Notes: generated by a model not told the origin, from the sequence alone. DNA of 64,000 bases from Sedimentisphaerales bacterium (GCA_040772485.1 JAXGYC010000007.1:480001-544000), one strand, 5' to 3'; shown: positions 22,713 through 33,440, counted from the first letter of the stretch. A program made the numbers and translations.

Positions 22713-22828
22713 ATCGAACACTCCCACGGCCGTCACCACCCGCCCAGGCTCCGACGCAACCTCACCTGCCTGCGTCAGCATACCCCGTGCCGGCGGGGCA
22801 GACAAGTCTTGAGATCAGATGGCCCTGT

Positions 22829-22852
22829 GTAGGGCGAGCGTCCCCGCTCGCC
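22829..22852 (+). repeat. REP-like hairpin GTAG-GGCGAGCG-TCCC-CGCTCGCC
   Basis: GTAG tetranucleotide followed by a perfect 8-bp stem, intergenic. Confidence 0.6.
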
Positions 22853-23021
22853 TCATCTGAGGTCGTGCGAGAACCTGCTCCGAATCTGCTCAAGGGACGT
22901 GCGAGCCAGGTGATCTTTGAGATTGCCCGTGTCGCCCTTCGATGGTATAATGACCCTGAAGCAGATGGGCGAACTCGGTGGATACGAAGCGCAACACCTC
23001 CAAAGGAGGTTGGGAGGTTTC

Positions 23022-23567
23022 ATGGACCTGGGGATCTTCTTCACGATGTTCTTTCTTCAGGCAATCCCTCTGTGGATATTCCTCGTCCCGTGGCTGCTCT
23101 CCGTCGGGCTGGCCGTCCGTTTCCGGAAGCGGGCCACCGTCAGGAACGTCTGCATCACCCTTTGCATCCCGATCATGCTGTTGGCGATTCCTCCTTGTGC
23201 CGTGCAAGCTCGTCTGCGCAGCGGCGGACGCGCTGCCCTGGAGCGCCGGTTCGGAGCCTTCATCGACCCGGACTGCGTCGTCAAATACCGATTCGTCATC
23301 GCTGGCCTTGGAGACACGTGTGAGTTCTGGAAGCTCAAGGGGGTCGATGCGAGGTCGTGTCAGCAGATCATTGACGAATACAACCTCGAGCCGTTATCGC
23401 CGGATCCGACATACCTCCCAGGCAGCACCAATGGGGCGCCGTGGTGGTGGCCAAACTCTGCCAACGGCTATACCGTCTCAGAAGGAGACGATGGGGCAAT
23501 GGGCAGCATTGAGATCTGGATCGCAGACGACCATTCAACGGTCTATCTCCACCGGTTCATCGAGTGA
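23022..23567 (+). CDS. Hypothetical membrane protein
   Basis: GGAGG RBS, two N-terminal hydrophobic segments, PWWWP motif. Confidence 0.6.
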   Translation: MDLGIFFTMFFLQAIPLWIFLVPWLLSVGLAVRFRKRATVRNVCITLCIPIMLLAIPPCAVQARLRSGGRAALERRFGAFIDPDCVVKYRFVIAGLGDTCEFWKLKGVDARSCQQIIDEYNLEPLSPDPTYLPGSTNGAPWWWPNSANGYTVSEGDDGAMGSIEIWIADDHSTVYLHRFIE

Positions 23568-23585
23568 CTTGCATCCCAAACAAGG

Positions 23586-23612
23586 AAGGCACGGCCGTTG
23601 TGGCCGTGCCTT
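23586..23612. terminator. Hairpin between convergent genes (possible bidirectional terminator or REP)
   Basis: AAGGCACGGCC-GTTGT-GGCCGTGCCTT perfect 11-bp stem. Confidence 0.55.
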
Positions 23613-23636
23613 TGGTACAGAAGACCAGAATGAGTA

Positions 23637-25118
23637 TCAGACTTCGTCGCGGATGGCGAAGGGCTCTCGATAGGAACTCTTGATGAACGGGTTGGCCTTT
23701 TCGGCGCCGGCGCCAACGAATCTCTCCTGCCTGCGGTCGTAGGTCAGTTGCGGCCCGAGCACGAACCGCTCCTTGGACAGATCGACCTCATTACCGTCGA
23801 GCTGTTCGAGCACATCCTTGAGCGTGTTCAGCGCGTCTTCGTGCGACTTCATCGCTTCTCGCACTTCGTCTACGGAGGCCGCAGCGCCCGCCCGCCAGGC
23901 GACGTTGGCCTGATGGCAGATGGCGGTGCCGTAGTGACCGACCTCGATGTCGGCCGCCAGGTCTTCGCGTTTGCGGCTGCGCAGGCACTCGATGAAATTC
24001 TCGGCGTGATTGGCGCCCGCGTCACCCTTGTACTGGTACACGCGGTTGCCGTCGTTGTCGTGGAACCAGCCGCCGCCCCGTGAGATGCGGACGGAGCCGG
24101 CCTCGCACCGGATGTAGTTGCCGCCGCGAGCGCCCAGATAGACTGCGCCGCTGTTGCCGCCCTTGCGCTTCGGGTCGGGCAGGTTGCGGACGTCGACCAC
24201 CAGAGGCAGCCCGTCATAGTCCATCAGGGCGAAGTGCACGTTGGGCGTCTGGCCGTTGTCGTCCCAGGCGAAGCGGTTGCCCGCCGCGACCACCTTCGTC
24301 GGCACGCTGTCCCAGCCCAGGATGTGACGCACGTCGTCGAGGTAGTGAATGCCCCAGTTGGCCATCTCGCCGTCGCCCCAGTTCCACTGCCAGTGCCAGT
24401 CGTAGTGGAAGCTCTTGCGCATCACCGGCGTCATCGGCGCGGGACCCGCCCACAGGTTGTAGTCGACGCTGGCGGGCACCGGCTGCGGCTCGGTCACTTT
24501 GCCGATGCTCTGTCGCGAATGGAGCACGGAGCAGTGAACCCACTGGACCCTGCCGTACTTGCCCGACTGAACGTCGCGTGCGGCCTCCTGCACCGCCGGA
24601 CACGACCGGTGCTGCGTGCCCGCCGCGACGATGCGATTGTACTTGCGGGCCGCTTCCACCATCTTGCGTCCTTCCCAGATCGCATGGCTGACCGGCTTCT
24701 CCACGTACACGTCCTTGCCCGCCTGGCAGGCCCAGATGGTCATCAGCGAATGCCAGTGGTTGGGCGCCGCGATCACGATTGCGTCGACGTCCTTGCGGTC
24801 CAGGACGTCGCGGATGTCACGGTATCCCTTGATGGTCGAAGCATCGGCCTCGTATTTCTTCTTGAACTCCTCGACTCGCTTGTCGAGAATCTCCTGGTCC
24901 GGCTCGCACAGCGCCACCACGCGGACACCCTCGATATTGTGGAAGTCATGAACATGGGCATTGCCCCGGCTGTTGATGCCGGCGACCGCCAGGCGAATCT
25001 GGTCGTTGGCGCCCCGGGCGCTGGCCAAAAACGGGGCCGAGCCGGACAGGGCCAGATACGAACCGGCCGTGGCGGCCACACTGCGTTGGAGGAATTTGCG
25101 GCGACTGATCTGCTTCAT
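23637..25118 (-). CDS. Tat-exported Gfo/Idh/MocA oxidoreductase
   Basis: SRRKFL Tat motif, PNHWH, GKDVYVEKP, GTQHRS, WG.H..D. Confidence 0.92.
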   Translation of the reverse strand: MKQISRRKFLQRSVAATAGSYLALSGSAPFLASARGANDQIRLAVAGINSRGNAHVHDFHNIEGVRVVALCEPDQEILDKRVEEFKKKYEADASTIKGYRDIRDVLDRKDVDAIVIAAPNHWHSLMTIWACQAGKDVYVEKPVSHAIWEGRKMVEAARKYNRIVAAGTQHRSCPAVQEAARDVQSGKYGRVQWVHCSVLHSRQSIGKVTEPQPVPASVDYNLWAGPAPMTPVMRKSFHYDWHWQWNWGDGEMANWGIHYLDDVRHILGWDSVPTKVVAAGNRFAWDDNGQTPNVHFALMDYDGLPLVVDVRNLPDPKRKGGNSGAVYLGARGGNYIRCEAGSVRISRGGGWFHDNDGNRVYQYKGDAGANHAENFIECLRSRKREDLAADIEVGHYGTAICHQANVAWRAGAAASVDEVREAMKSHEDALNTLKDVLEQLDGNEVDLSKERFVLGPQLTYDRRQERFVGAGAEKANPFIKSSYREPFAIRDEV

Positions 25119-25263
25119 CTTCTTTTCCTTTCGCTCAAATCAAGGCACGACCGTCAAGTTTGTGCCGAATGGACCCTGCCGACTTGCCTATGCACCAGAC
25201 ACCCAGTACAGACGCCCATCTTATCACGCCTATTCCCGGATTTGAACCATTTTGTCGATGCGA

Positions 25264-26214
25264 CTACCCGTTCCGGCCGTCCGTGGCGTTCAGCAATTCG
25301 ATGGTCTGACGAATTCGCTCGGGCGTCCAGTCGGCCGGACGCTCACCTTGCAGGTTGGCCTCCATCTGCTCGACAGTGGGCGTGGGGGTGCGGACGCCGT
25401 CGGTCGGGACGTCCACCTTCGCGACCCAACAGATCGCGTTGAGCATGAGCTTGCGGAAATCGTTTTGGGCGTAGACCCAATGGGTGTGCCCGCCGGTGCA
25501 GCCGAAGCCCCGACCACCGTCGGGACGCTCGCAGGCCCAGGCGACGTGTTCCGGCAGGCCGAGCCGGCTGCGGACGGTCGGATTCCCGCTGTGCGGGCCA
25601 TCCGGCCCCTTGCGCGTGCTGTCGGGCGGAACCGCCGTGAGGATCGGCGTCACGCCGTCCATCGCTTCGCGAAAACGCATGTGGTAGTACCACTCGTCCT
25701 CTACCGCGAAGGGCCGCACGCCGCGCGTGATCGGATGGATGGGCAAGGTCTTGAACTCGGCCCGCCAGAAGGGGTTCACCGACCAGTGCTGTTCGTAGTA
25801 CCCGCCGATCCAGTCGAGCAGGTACTTGCCGAAGGGATCGCCGCAGTCGAGCGCGTAGTGAATGAAGACAATCCCGATGCCCCGGCGCGCAATGGCGTTG
25901 AGTCTCTTCCAGTTGGCCTCGGCGCCGATCAGATTGTTCCCGTCGCAGGCAACGACAATCGCGGCGGCGTCTTCCAACACACGAACGTCCCTGGGCCATC
26001 CGTTCTCGATCACGACCGCCTCGATAGCCGGCATGTTCTCGTTCAGGATGCGTGCCAGGAGCTTGCAGTCAGCGGTGTAGGCGTGTCCGCTCCAGCCATG
26101 ACTCTGCGGGCCGGGCAGAAAGACCACCTTCTTCTGTCCCGCATCGCTCGCCAGGGCATACGAACCGAATGCACTCCAGAGCAGCAAAACGCCAGCGATC
26201 AACATACCCCGCAT
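25264..26214 (-). CDS. ThuA-like domain protein, exported
   Basis: SHG..H, HPITRGV, DEWYY, GGRGFG.TGGH.H motifs. Confidence 0.85.
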   Translation of the reverse strand: MRGMLIAGVLLLWSAFGSYALASDAGQKKVVFLPGPQSHGWSGHAYTADCKLLARILNENMPAIEAVVIENGWPRDVRVLEDAAAIVVACDGNNLIGAEANWKRLNAIARRGIGIVFIHYALDCGDPFGKYLLDWIGGYYEQHWSVNPFWRAEFKTLPIHPITRGVRPFAVEDEWYYHMRFREAMDGVTPILTAVPPDSTRKGPDGPHSGNPTVRSRLGLPEHVAWACERPDGGRGFGCTGGHTHWVYAQNDFRKLMLNAICWVAKVDVPTDGVRTPTPTVEQMEANLQGERPADWTPERIRQTIELLNATDGRNG

Positions 26215-26248
26215 CGAATCATCCTCCAGAACGCAGCAGTCAATTCAT

Positions 26249-27703
26249 CTAAAACGATACTTCGATGGCGAAGCCGCGCTCGCATGACCTCGTCGTCGGA
26301 AGCTCGATCCGCAATGCCTGATCCGTCTGCTCCCAGCGAATCGGCTCGCCACTGCCGAGCAGCCGCACCTTCTTCACATCCGATGGGGCATGGCCTGCCC
26401 TGCTGCCCAGCGATTGGATGGCGAGCTGGCCGTCCGCCGGCCAGACCAGGCCGCAGGCGAATACGCGGGCGTCCTTCCGCGTGAACCAGAAATCCTGGGC
26501 GGAGAAGTCAGCTCGGAAGCCTTCCTTCTCTCGCGCCGTCGTGCTCTCCATCGCCAATTCGGTCGGTCCTTCGTGCGTCACGGCCCAGCGTTTGGTGCCA
26601 TAGATCGCCTCACCGTTGACCTTCATCCATTCGCCGATCTTCGTCAGTTGATCGACGCTCTCCTGCGGAATCGTGCCGTCGGCTTTCGGCCCGACGTTCA
26701 GAAGGTAGTTGCCTCCCTTGCTGGCGATCTCCAAAATCCAGTACAACAATTCCTCGGTGGACTTCCAATCGACGTCGTAGCTCTTGAAACCCCAGGTGTT
26801 GTTCAGCGTGCCGGGCGTCTCCCAATACAGGTTTTCCCCTTCCCCCTTTCCGGGAATCTTGTTGTCGCCGGGGACCCAGAAATCGCCGAAGTTGTTGCCC
26901 ACGCGGCTGTTGATGAGACACTCGGGCTGAGCATCGTATGCCAGTCTGTAGAATTCGAAACTCATCTTCTCCGGCATGTGCCTGGGCACGTCGTACCAGA
27001 TTTCCTGCATGCCCGGAAATCGCTGGAGCAATTCGCGCATCTGCGGCTTGGCCTTGGCCTCGATGTATTCCTCGAACGACACCGGCGACGGGTCCCACAT
27101 GTTGGCCGGCCAGGACGCCCATTGGCCTGTATCCTCGGGGTGCTTCTTTCGGTACTCGGCGACGCCTGCGTCTCCCCCATCCATCCAGTCGGTGGCGTGC
27201 GAGTAATAGATGGCAAACCGTATGCCGTGACGTTGGCAAGCCCGGTACAGTTCCATCATGGGGTCGCGCCCGAACGGCGTGCTGTCCACGATGTCGTAGT
27301 CGGTAACCCTGGAATCGTACATCGCGAAGCCGTCGTGGTGTTTGGGCATCGCCACGATGTAGCGCATGCCCGCGGCCTTGGCGAGCTGGACCCATACGTC
27401 GGCATCGAATTTCACCGGGTTGAATTGCGCGCACATCTGCTTGTACTCGGCGCGGGGGATCTGCGCATGATAGAAGATCCACTCGCCCAGGCCCCCGATC
27501 TTCTGGCCCTTCCAGATCCCGGCAGGGCGCGCGTACGCGCCCCAATGCACAAACATGCCGAATTTGGCGTCGTTGAATCGCTCCAGCGCCGCCTGCTTGC
27601 TCGCGTGCATCTTCCGCCACTGGTCCGCGTACTCACCTGTCTGAGAGTAGCACACCCGCGAGAGCAGCATCACTGCCAGTGACACCCAGACCGTCGGTCG
27701 CAT
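26249..27703 (-). CDS. Alpha-L-fucosidase (GH29)
   Basis: KFGMFVHWG, KHHDGF, WYD, GGNYLLNVGP. Confidence 0.93.
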   Translation of the reverse strand: MRPTVWVSLAVMLLSRVCYSQTGEYADQWRKMHASKQAALERFNDAKFGMFVHWGAYARPAGIWKGQKIGGLGEWIFYHAQIPRAEYKQMCAQFNPVKFDADVWVQLAKAAGMRYIVAMPKHHDGFAMYDSRVTDYDIVDSTPFGRDPMMELYRACQRHGIRFAIYYSHATDWMDGGDAGVAEYRKKHPEDTGQWASWPANMWDPSPVSFEEYIEAKAKPQMRELLQRFPGMQEIWYDVPRHMPEKMSFEFYRLAYDAQPECLINSRVGNNFGDFWVPGDNKIPGKGEGENLYWETPGTLNNTWGFKSYDVDWKSTEELLYWILEIASKGGNYLLNVGPKADGTIPQESVDQLTKIGEWMKVNGEAIYGTKRWAVTHEGPTELAMESTTAREKEGFRADFSAQDFWFTRKDARVFACGLVWPADGQLAIQSLGSRAGHAPSDVKKVRLLGSGEPIRWEQTDQALRIELPTTRSCERGFAIEVSF

Positions 27704-27751
27704 ATTCGAGACTCCTGCATCAGAGAACTGAGCTCATCGATCCGTCCACCT

Positions 27752-30565
27752 TTACGGCTTGGGGACGACGGCGAGGCTGGATCGGAACTCGTACGCTCCG
27801 GCCGCCAGCTCGATTGCGGCGCAGCCGTTGTCGGTGCGCAGGTGTTTGAGGCCCTTGGTCTTCGCCAGTTCGCTGCCGCCCTCGGTGATCGTCTTGTCGT
27901 CGGCGGTCGGCAGGTACAGCGTCGCCGTCGTGTTGGGCGGAACGGTGACATTCAGCGTCAGCACGCGGTCGTCGTCGATCCGCCAGCGACTCTCGATGCG
28001 GCCGTAGAGACTGTCGTGATGCGCTTTGACCCATTTCATCGACGGATCGTCGATGAGGCCCGGCTTGAGCATGAAATGCTGAAAGCCCGGACGGTCCGGA
28101 TCGCTCTTGATGCCCGCCAGACCTTCGATGAACCACGTCCCGACGTACAGGTACGAACTGTGGCACAGCGAGTTGTCCATCCTCCATGATTCGGTGATCG
28201 CGGTGGCGCCGTTGCGGCGCATCAGGCCCCAGCTCGGGTACGTGTCCTTGTTGACCATCGGGAAGATCAGGTCCTGGCGGTCGGCGTCGAGCAGCGTCTT
28301 GAACAGGAACGCCCCGCCGGTGATGCCCGCGTGGATGTGCCCCTTGCGCACGACCAGAATCTCCTTCTCAAGCCGGTCCCAGATCGCTTGTCGCAGCTCT
28401 TTCGGAGGCAGGTCCACCAGCAGCGCGATCGCCAGGTAGCCCTGGAAGCCGTTGACGTAGCTGTTCAGTTCGGGCTTGAAGAACTTCGCGTGCACCGCGC
28501 GGCGCACCTGGTCGGCCCGCGCGCGGTACTTCGCGCCGGTGTCCTTCTCGCCGATCACGTCGGCGATCTTGGCAGCCGTCTGCAAATTGAAGATCCAGTA
28601 GCAGTTGTTGAAGAACAGCGTCTCGATCGTGTCACCGTTGACACCCTCGGCGCCGGGCCAGAGCCAGTCGCCCAGGAAGTCCCACTCGCCGCCCCATCGC
28701 ACCAGCATGTCGTCCTTGGCCTTGGTTTCGAGGAAAGCCAGCCAGCGCTCGATCGTCGGGAAATTCACCTGGCAGATGCGCGTGTCGCCGTAGCGTTCGT
28801 AGATCTCCCAGGGCAATGTCACGCAGTAACCGCTCCAGCCGGGCCCGCCCCCGCCCCAGTAGGTCGGCGCCGTGTAAGGCAGATTGCCGCTCTCGACGGT
28901 GTCCTTCGTCGCGGCCTTGGCGCCGCCGGTGCCCCAGGCACTCTCGCCGCCCTGCACGTCACGCCAGTCCTGGGCCCATTTCGTGTAGAACGCCCCGAGG
29001 CCGAAGTGGTTCAGCCCGCACTCGGTCGTCGCGTGGGCGTCGCCGCCGTAGCCCATCCGCTCGCGATGGGCGCAGTCGACGACATAGCCGCCCAGGCTCA
29101 GGTCCTCGAACGTCAGCAGCGTCGCATCGTGAACCCAGTTCAGCAGTTCGTTCGAGCACTCAAAGCTCGACGCCCGCGCGTAGTCCGTGCGCACGAGGTG
29201 CGCGCGAATGTCATCGAGCTTGGGCTTGTACTTGAGCCCTTCGATCGTCACCCACTGGCCGGTGAAGTAATTGAAGCGATTTCGGAACGTGCCTTTGCCC
29301 GACGGTCCGATGACATACCTGCTGCGCAGGCGGTGCGTCATGTCCGCCTTGGACTGCTCGGAGAATTTCATTTCGATGGTGTCGCCGGGCTCGCCTCGCA
29401 GGTCCATCTCAAACAGGCCGGTCATGTTCACGCCGAGGTCCACGCGGTACGCGCCCGGTTTGGTCTCAGTGATCGCCACGGGCCGGATCTGGCGGATGCG
29501 GCGGTTCGGCTCGACCATCTCGGCCGACAGCTTCAGCGAGGGCGAGTAGACGGACGCCGGCCTCCAGCCTGAATCGTCGAAGTCCGCGCTGCACCAGTCC
29601 GTCACTTCTTTGCGGCCGTCGTACAGCTCGCCGCCGAAGTGCATGAAGTCCCACACGCCCAACAGCGTGTTCGGGCTGGCGTGCGTCCGCCAAGTGGCGT
29701 CGGTGGCAATTCGCATCGTGTTGCCGCCGGGCAGCTCGATCTCGGCCTGCGCCAGGACAATCGGCGTCTGCGGCTTGTCGGGCGTCTTGTACTGCGGGAA
29801 GATCGACCACGAAACGCCCAGCCACAGCCCGATCACGTTCTGGCCCTCTTTGAGGTAGTCGGCGATCTCGTACGTGACATAGCGGGCCCGCTTGCGGTAG
29901 TTCACCGCGCTTGGCGCCAGCACGGTGTCATCAACCTTGCGGCCGTTGACGTACAACTCATGGTAGCCGACGGAGGCGACGTAGGCCGTTGCCCGCTCGG
30001 GCCGGGCGCTCAGCACAAAGCTCTTGCGCAGCCACGGATCGGGCACGTCGTTGTCGGGCGGCGGCCAGCCCTGTTTGCGCTCGAAGGTCTTGTCGGCGCC
30101 GATCCACTGCGCGTGCCAGTCGCCCTGCGCCAGCAATCCCATCGTCCATCGGGCCGGCTCGCTCCACGACGAGACGGCGCCGCTTTCGTCCTTGACGCGA
30201 ACCTTCCAGAAACACGCCATGCCCGAGGCCAGAGGCTTTCCACCGTACACCACGTGAGCCGATTGATCGGAGGCAATCATGCCGCTGTCCCACAGATCGC
30301 CTCTGTCCTGGTCGAGCAGGGCCTTCGTCGAGGCCACCAGCACGCGATAGCCGCTCTGCCGCTGGCCGCGTGCCTTCGCATCCGTGGCTGTCAGTTGCCA
30401 GCTCAATCGCGGCTGTGTCACGTCGATGCCCAATGGGTCGTGCAGATACTCGCACCGCAGCGCCGCCGGCGTCACGGAGCATGCACGCTGGCCCGCAAGA
30501 ACACCGGCGGGCGGCAGTAGAACAATGAGAACGAGAAAGAATGCCACGTGTGTCGATGTCTTCAT
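27752..30565 (-). CDS. Alpha-L-rhamnosidase (GH78)
   Basis: LRCEY..DPLGID...PRLSW, DCAHRERMGYGGD, SLYGRIESRW, VPPNTTA. Confidence 0.9.
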   Translation of the reverse strand: MKTSTHVAFFLVLIVLLPPAGVLAGQRACSVTPAALRCEYLHDPLGIDVTQPRLSWQLTATDAKARGQRQSGYRVLVASTKALLDQDRGDLWDSGMIASDQSAHVVYGGKPLASGMACFWKVRVKDESGAVSSWSEPARWTMGLLAQGDWHAQWIGADKTFERKQGWPPPDNDVPDPWLRKSFVLSARPERATAYVASVGYHELYVNGRKVDDTVLAPSAVNYRKRARYVTYEIADYLKEGQNVIGLWLGVSWSIFPQYKTPDKPQTPIVLAQAEIELPGGNTMRIATDATWRTHASPNTLLGVWDFMHFGGELYDGRKEVTDWCSADFDDSGWRPASVYSPSLKLSAEMVEPNRRIRQIRPVAITETKPGAYRVDLGVNMTGLFEMDLRGEPGDTIEMKFSEQSKADMTHRLRSRYVIGPSGKGTFRNRFNYFTGQWVTIEGLKYKPKLDDIRAHLVRTDYARASSFECSNELLNWVHDATLLTFEDLSLGGYVVDCAHRERMGYGGDAHATTECGLNHFGLGAFYTKWAQDWRDVQGGESAWGTGGAKAATKDTVESGNLPYTAPTYWGGGGPGWSGYCVTLPWEIYERYGDTRICQVNFPTIERWLAFLETKAKDDMLVRWGGEWDFLGDWLWPGAEGVNGDTIETLFFNNCYWIFNLQTAAKIADVIGEKDTGAKYRARADQVRRAVHAKFFKPELNSYVNGFQGYLAIALLVDLPPKELRQAIWDRLEKEILVVRKGHIHAGITGGAFLFKTLLDADRQDLIFPMVNKDTYPSWGLMRRNGATAITESWRMDNSLCHSSYLYVGTWFIEGLAGIKSDPDRPGFQHFMLKPGLIDDPSMKWVKAHHDSLYGRIESRWRIDDDRVLTLNVTVPPNTTATLYLPTADDKTITEGGSELAKTKGLKHLRTDNGCAAIELAAGAYEFRSSLAVVPKP

Positions 30566-30702
30566 GTCGGCCTCCTGAGCGATCCCGGTTCGGCGAATCC
30601 ACAGCGGACGGACGCTATCCATTTGCACTATCCGCGTTCCGATTATACGGCGACCGACAGTGTCCCACCACGGAAAAGTACCGTCCGCGCCGCCGGCAGG
30701 AG

Positions 30703-30867
30703 TCACTGCCCGCCGGCGGGCGCCTCACCGGCATTCGGTCCGTCGTCGCCTTCGGCATGGCGATCCACATGCCAGACCGCCGCCACCAGCGCCACCGCCA
30801 CCCACACGCCGCTGAGGATGACCAGCCCGGCCGCAACGATCACCAGCATCAACAGACCGACCATCAT
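30703..30867 (-). CDS. Small single-TM protein translationally coupled to the SSS transporter
   Basis: ATGA overlap with the SSS stop at 30864-30867; long hydrophobic helix. Confidence 0.55.
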   Translation of the reverse strand: MMVGLLMLVIVAAGLVILSGVWVAVALVAAVWHVDRHAEGDDGPNAGEAPAGGQ

Positions 30868-32255
30868 CGGTTGGCCCTCCGAAGAAGACCTTGGGCGAAG
30901 TGGCCCACGGCATAGGCCGCCAGCGAACAGACCAACGCCGGAAGGATCGACCCCACCTCGGTCTTGACGAAGGTCTCCAGTTGAAGCAGGATGGCCACCA
31001 CCGTGCCCACCGTCATGGACAGAATCCCCGCCAGAGGACGCGGACGGCGGATCCACAGACCGAGGAACAGGGCCGGCAGAATCGCGGGCGCCCAGATGTT
31101 GTAGCAGACCAGCAGCCCCTTGATCACGCTCGGAACGAACAGGGCCATCCCGGCCGCAATCGTCGCAATCATCACGGTGGAGTATCGTCCCGCGAGCAGC
31201 GCCGCGCTGTCCTGGCGGACGGTGAACCGCCGAAGGATGTCCTGTGTGAACACCACCGCTCCGGCGTTCAGCAGAGAATCGAGGCTGGATAGAACGACGG
31301 ACACCAGCGACACCAGCAACAAAGCGTACGCCGCATGAGGCATCGTCGCTTTGACCAAGGTCAATAGCACGTAGTCCTCGCCCGTATCGGCGGGGATCAC
31401 CGTCCGCGCGACGACGCCGAGGGAGATCATCACCGCAAACCACAGCGCGCTGAAGACGCCGGCAAAAACGAAACCGTTGCGAGAGACCACTGTGGTCCTG
31501 GACGCCAGCGCGAGGTTCGCGTACGGCGGGATCAGCGTCTCGCCCAGGAGAAAAGCGGTGACGAAACCGACGATCTCCAACGGCGGCGTCGCCTGCAGAC
31601 CATGCGAGGTCGCGTCCATCGCCTGCTGCCAGAACGCTGCGGCGCCGCCCTGAAAATGGAACAGCAGTTCGTAGAGCAGCACGCCCGGCAGCAGCAGCGC
31701 GAACAGCGCGAAGTGATATGCGTCGGTGATCACGCTCGCCCGCAGGCCCCCGAAGGCGGTATACGAGGCCGTCAAGATGGCCACGACCGCCACGGAGAAC
31801 CGCGGCGGCAGACCGAAAACATCGTTCAGGACCACGGCCCCGGCGCTGATCATCACCGCCGAGAACAGCGTGCACAGAAGCACGGAGATGAGCCCGGCGA
31901 GAATCTGACATCGCGGTCCGTATTTCTGTCCGATCGCGTCGCCCAGGGTGTAGCAGTCCTTCAGTTCCCGCAGTTTCGGGGCGATCAGCAGACCGACCAG
32001 GACGTTCTGGAGAGAGTACGCCAGTCCGATCAACAGAAAGAAGAAGCCGCTGCGATATCCCCGGCCGACAAACCCGATGGAGAACGCCGGACCCACGTAC
32101 GTCGCGCACAGGCTGCCGAAGATCAGGGCCAGGGGAAGCGCACGCCGGGCGATGGAGAACTCCGCATACTCCCGTGCGGTCCGGGCGCGCGCGGCCACGA
32201 CAATCAGCCCGACCACGTAGCCCGCCACCAGCGCCACCGAGACCACCGTATGCAC
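30864..32255 (-). CDS. Sodium:solute symporter family protein
   Basis: About 13 hydrophobic segments, SLCATYVG, YTAFGGLRA...TD, SSLDSLLN. Confidence 0.88.
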   Translation of the reverse strand: MHTVVSVALVAGYVVGLIVVAARARTAREYAEFSIARRALPLALIFGSLCATYVGPAFSIGFVGRGYRSGFFFLLIGLAYSLQNVLVGLLIAPKLRELKDCYTLGDAIGQKYGPRCQILAGLISVLLCTLFSAVMISAGAVVLNDVFGLPPRFSVAVVAILTASYTAFGGLRASVITDAYHFALFALLLPGVLLYELLFHFQGGAAAFWQQAMDATSHGLQATPPLEIVGFVTAFLLGETLIPPYANLALASRTTVVSRNGFVFAGVFSALWFAVMISLGVVARTVIPADTGEDYVLLTLVKATMPHAAYALLLVSLVSVVLSSLDSLLNAGAVVFTQDILRRFTVRQDSAALLAGRYSTVMIATIAAGMALFVPSVIKGLLVCYNIWAPAILPALFLGLWIRRPRPLAGILSMTVGTVVAILLQLETFVKTEVGSILPALVCSLAAYAVGHFAQGLLRRANR

Positions 32256-32330
32256 CGTTTCGTTCCCTACCGTACTGTGCCACCTCCCGCCCGGCGTGAG
32301 GGAGCGGGTCTGTCCACGCAGGTTCAGCCT

Positions 32331-33410
32331 CTATTCACGCCCGTCCTGAAACGCCTCTTCCTCCAACTCGCTGATCACGGCATCCAGGTCGGATTCCGTG
32401 CGAATCCACCCGACCTCCGGATCGACCAGAAAGGATTGATACCACTGAATCAGGTTCTTGGCGAAATCGGCATCCTTGCAGTAGATGCCGAACGAAATCT
32501 CTCCGGCGTGCGAACCCGCTTTGTGCGGGATCTGCGGAAAGGCCAGCAGCACCGCCTCGCGGCTCAGCAGAAATTCGATGTCGGAGACCTTGCTGCTGTA
32601 GATGCGCAGCCGGCCCGATTCGATGGCGTCGGGATACTTGCGAAACAGATGCCGGGCGGCGTTGGAGAACCCGGGAACGCTGAGGTTCATCGCGCGATGC
32701 ACCCGGACATCGGGATATTCTTCGATGATCGTGTAGAGCTGACTGAGATAGTCGTCCATGGGCTGCCGCTCGCCCTCGAACAGCATGCAGGTCCACAGCT
32801 CGCCCTGCCCGGTCGCGTCCAACTGGTCCTCGCACATCCTCTTGGCGGCGTTGTAGGTCTCGCGCCGGCTGCCGAGCACCTTGAGCTGCCGCTGCATGAG
32901 CACCTCCGCCCACACCGGCATGTCCTTGGGCAGCGCATCGGGCGGACAAACGCCCAGACGCGTCATCAGGCGGAGGAACTGCTTGTGATCCGAGCCGTAG
33001 AACCGCCGGCCCACCACGCTGCCGACGTTGCCGTTGCATTCCATCCCGTACCGCTTGTGGTAGCCGAACGACAGGCGGTGCACCGTGTACCCCCGCTCCG
33101 TCAGCTTCTTCTCGAGATCCGCGATCAGGGCGACCGCCTGTTTCTCCGGCGCCTTGTCCACCGACAGGTGGACGTTGGGGCACAGCACGATGGGCCGTTC
33201 GCCCAGCATGCCCACCAGGGCGCCGAACTCCTCGGCGGCCTGCTCCACCTCCTCCCGGCCGTCGTACCGCTCGATGCAGACGAACATCACCAGCACGTTC
33301 TCGAACTCCGCCCGCGGCTGCGGAGGCGAGATCGTCGCCGGATCGATGCGGTTGCTGGGCCGTTTGTCCTCGAAATAGCACGAGGAACACTGATAGCTGT
33401 CGATGATCAT
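32331..33410 (-). CDS. Archaeal-type threonyl-tRNA synthetase editing domain fused to a ~220-aa unknown domain
   Basis: ENVLVMFVCIE..D, CPNVHLS, RGYTV..LSFGYHK...ECNG match tRNA-Thr_ED motifs (YPFAHLS, APFGYYK, CKGH). Confidence 0.75.
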   Translation of the reverse strand: MIIDSYQCSSCYFEDKRPSNRIDPATISPPQPRAEFENVLVMFVCIERYDGREEVEQAAEEFGALVGMLGERPIVLCPNVHLSVDKAPEKQAVALIADLEKKLTERGYTVHRLSFGYHKRYGMECNGNVGSVVGRRFYGSDHKQFLRLMTRLGVCPPDALPKDMPVWAEVLMQRQLKVLGSRRETYNAAKRMCEDQLDATGQGELWTCMLFEGERQPMDDYLSQLYTIIEEYPDVRVHRAMNLSVPGFSNAARHLFRKYPDAIESGRLRIYSSKVSDIEFLLSREAVLLAFPQIPHKAGSHAGEISFGIYCKDADFAKNLIQWYQSFLVDPEVGWIRTESDLDAVISELEEEAFQDGRE

Positions 33411-33440
33411 AGCGTTACTTTTGATCCCCTGGCGACTCGG

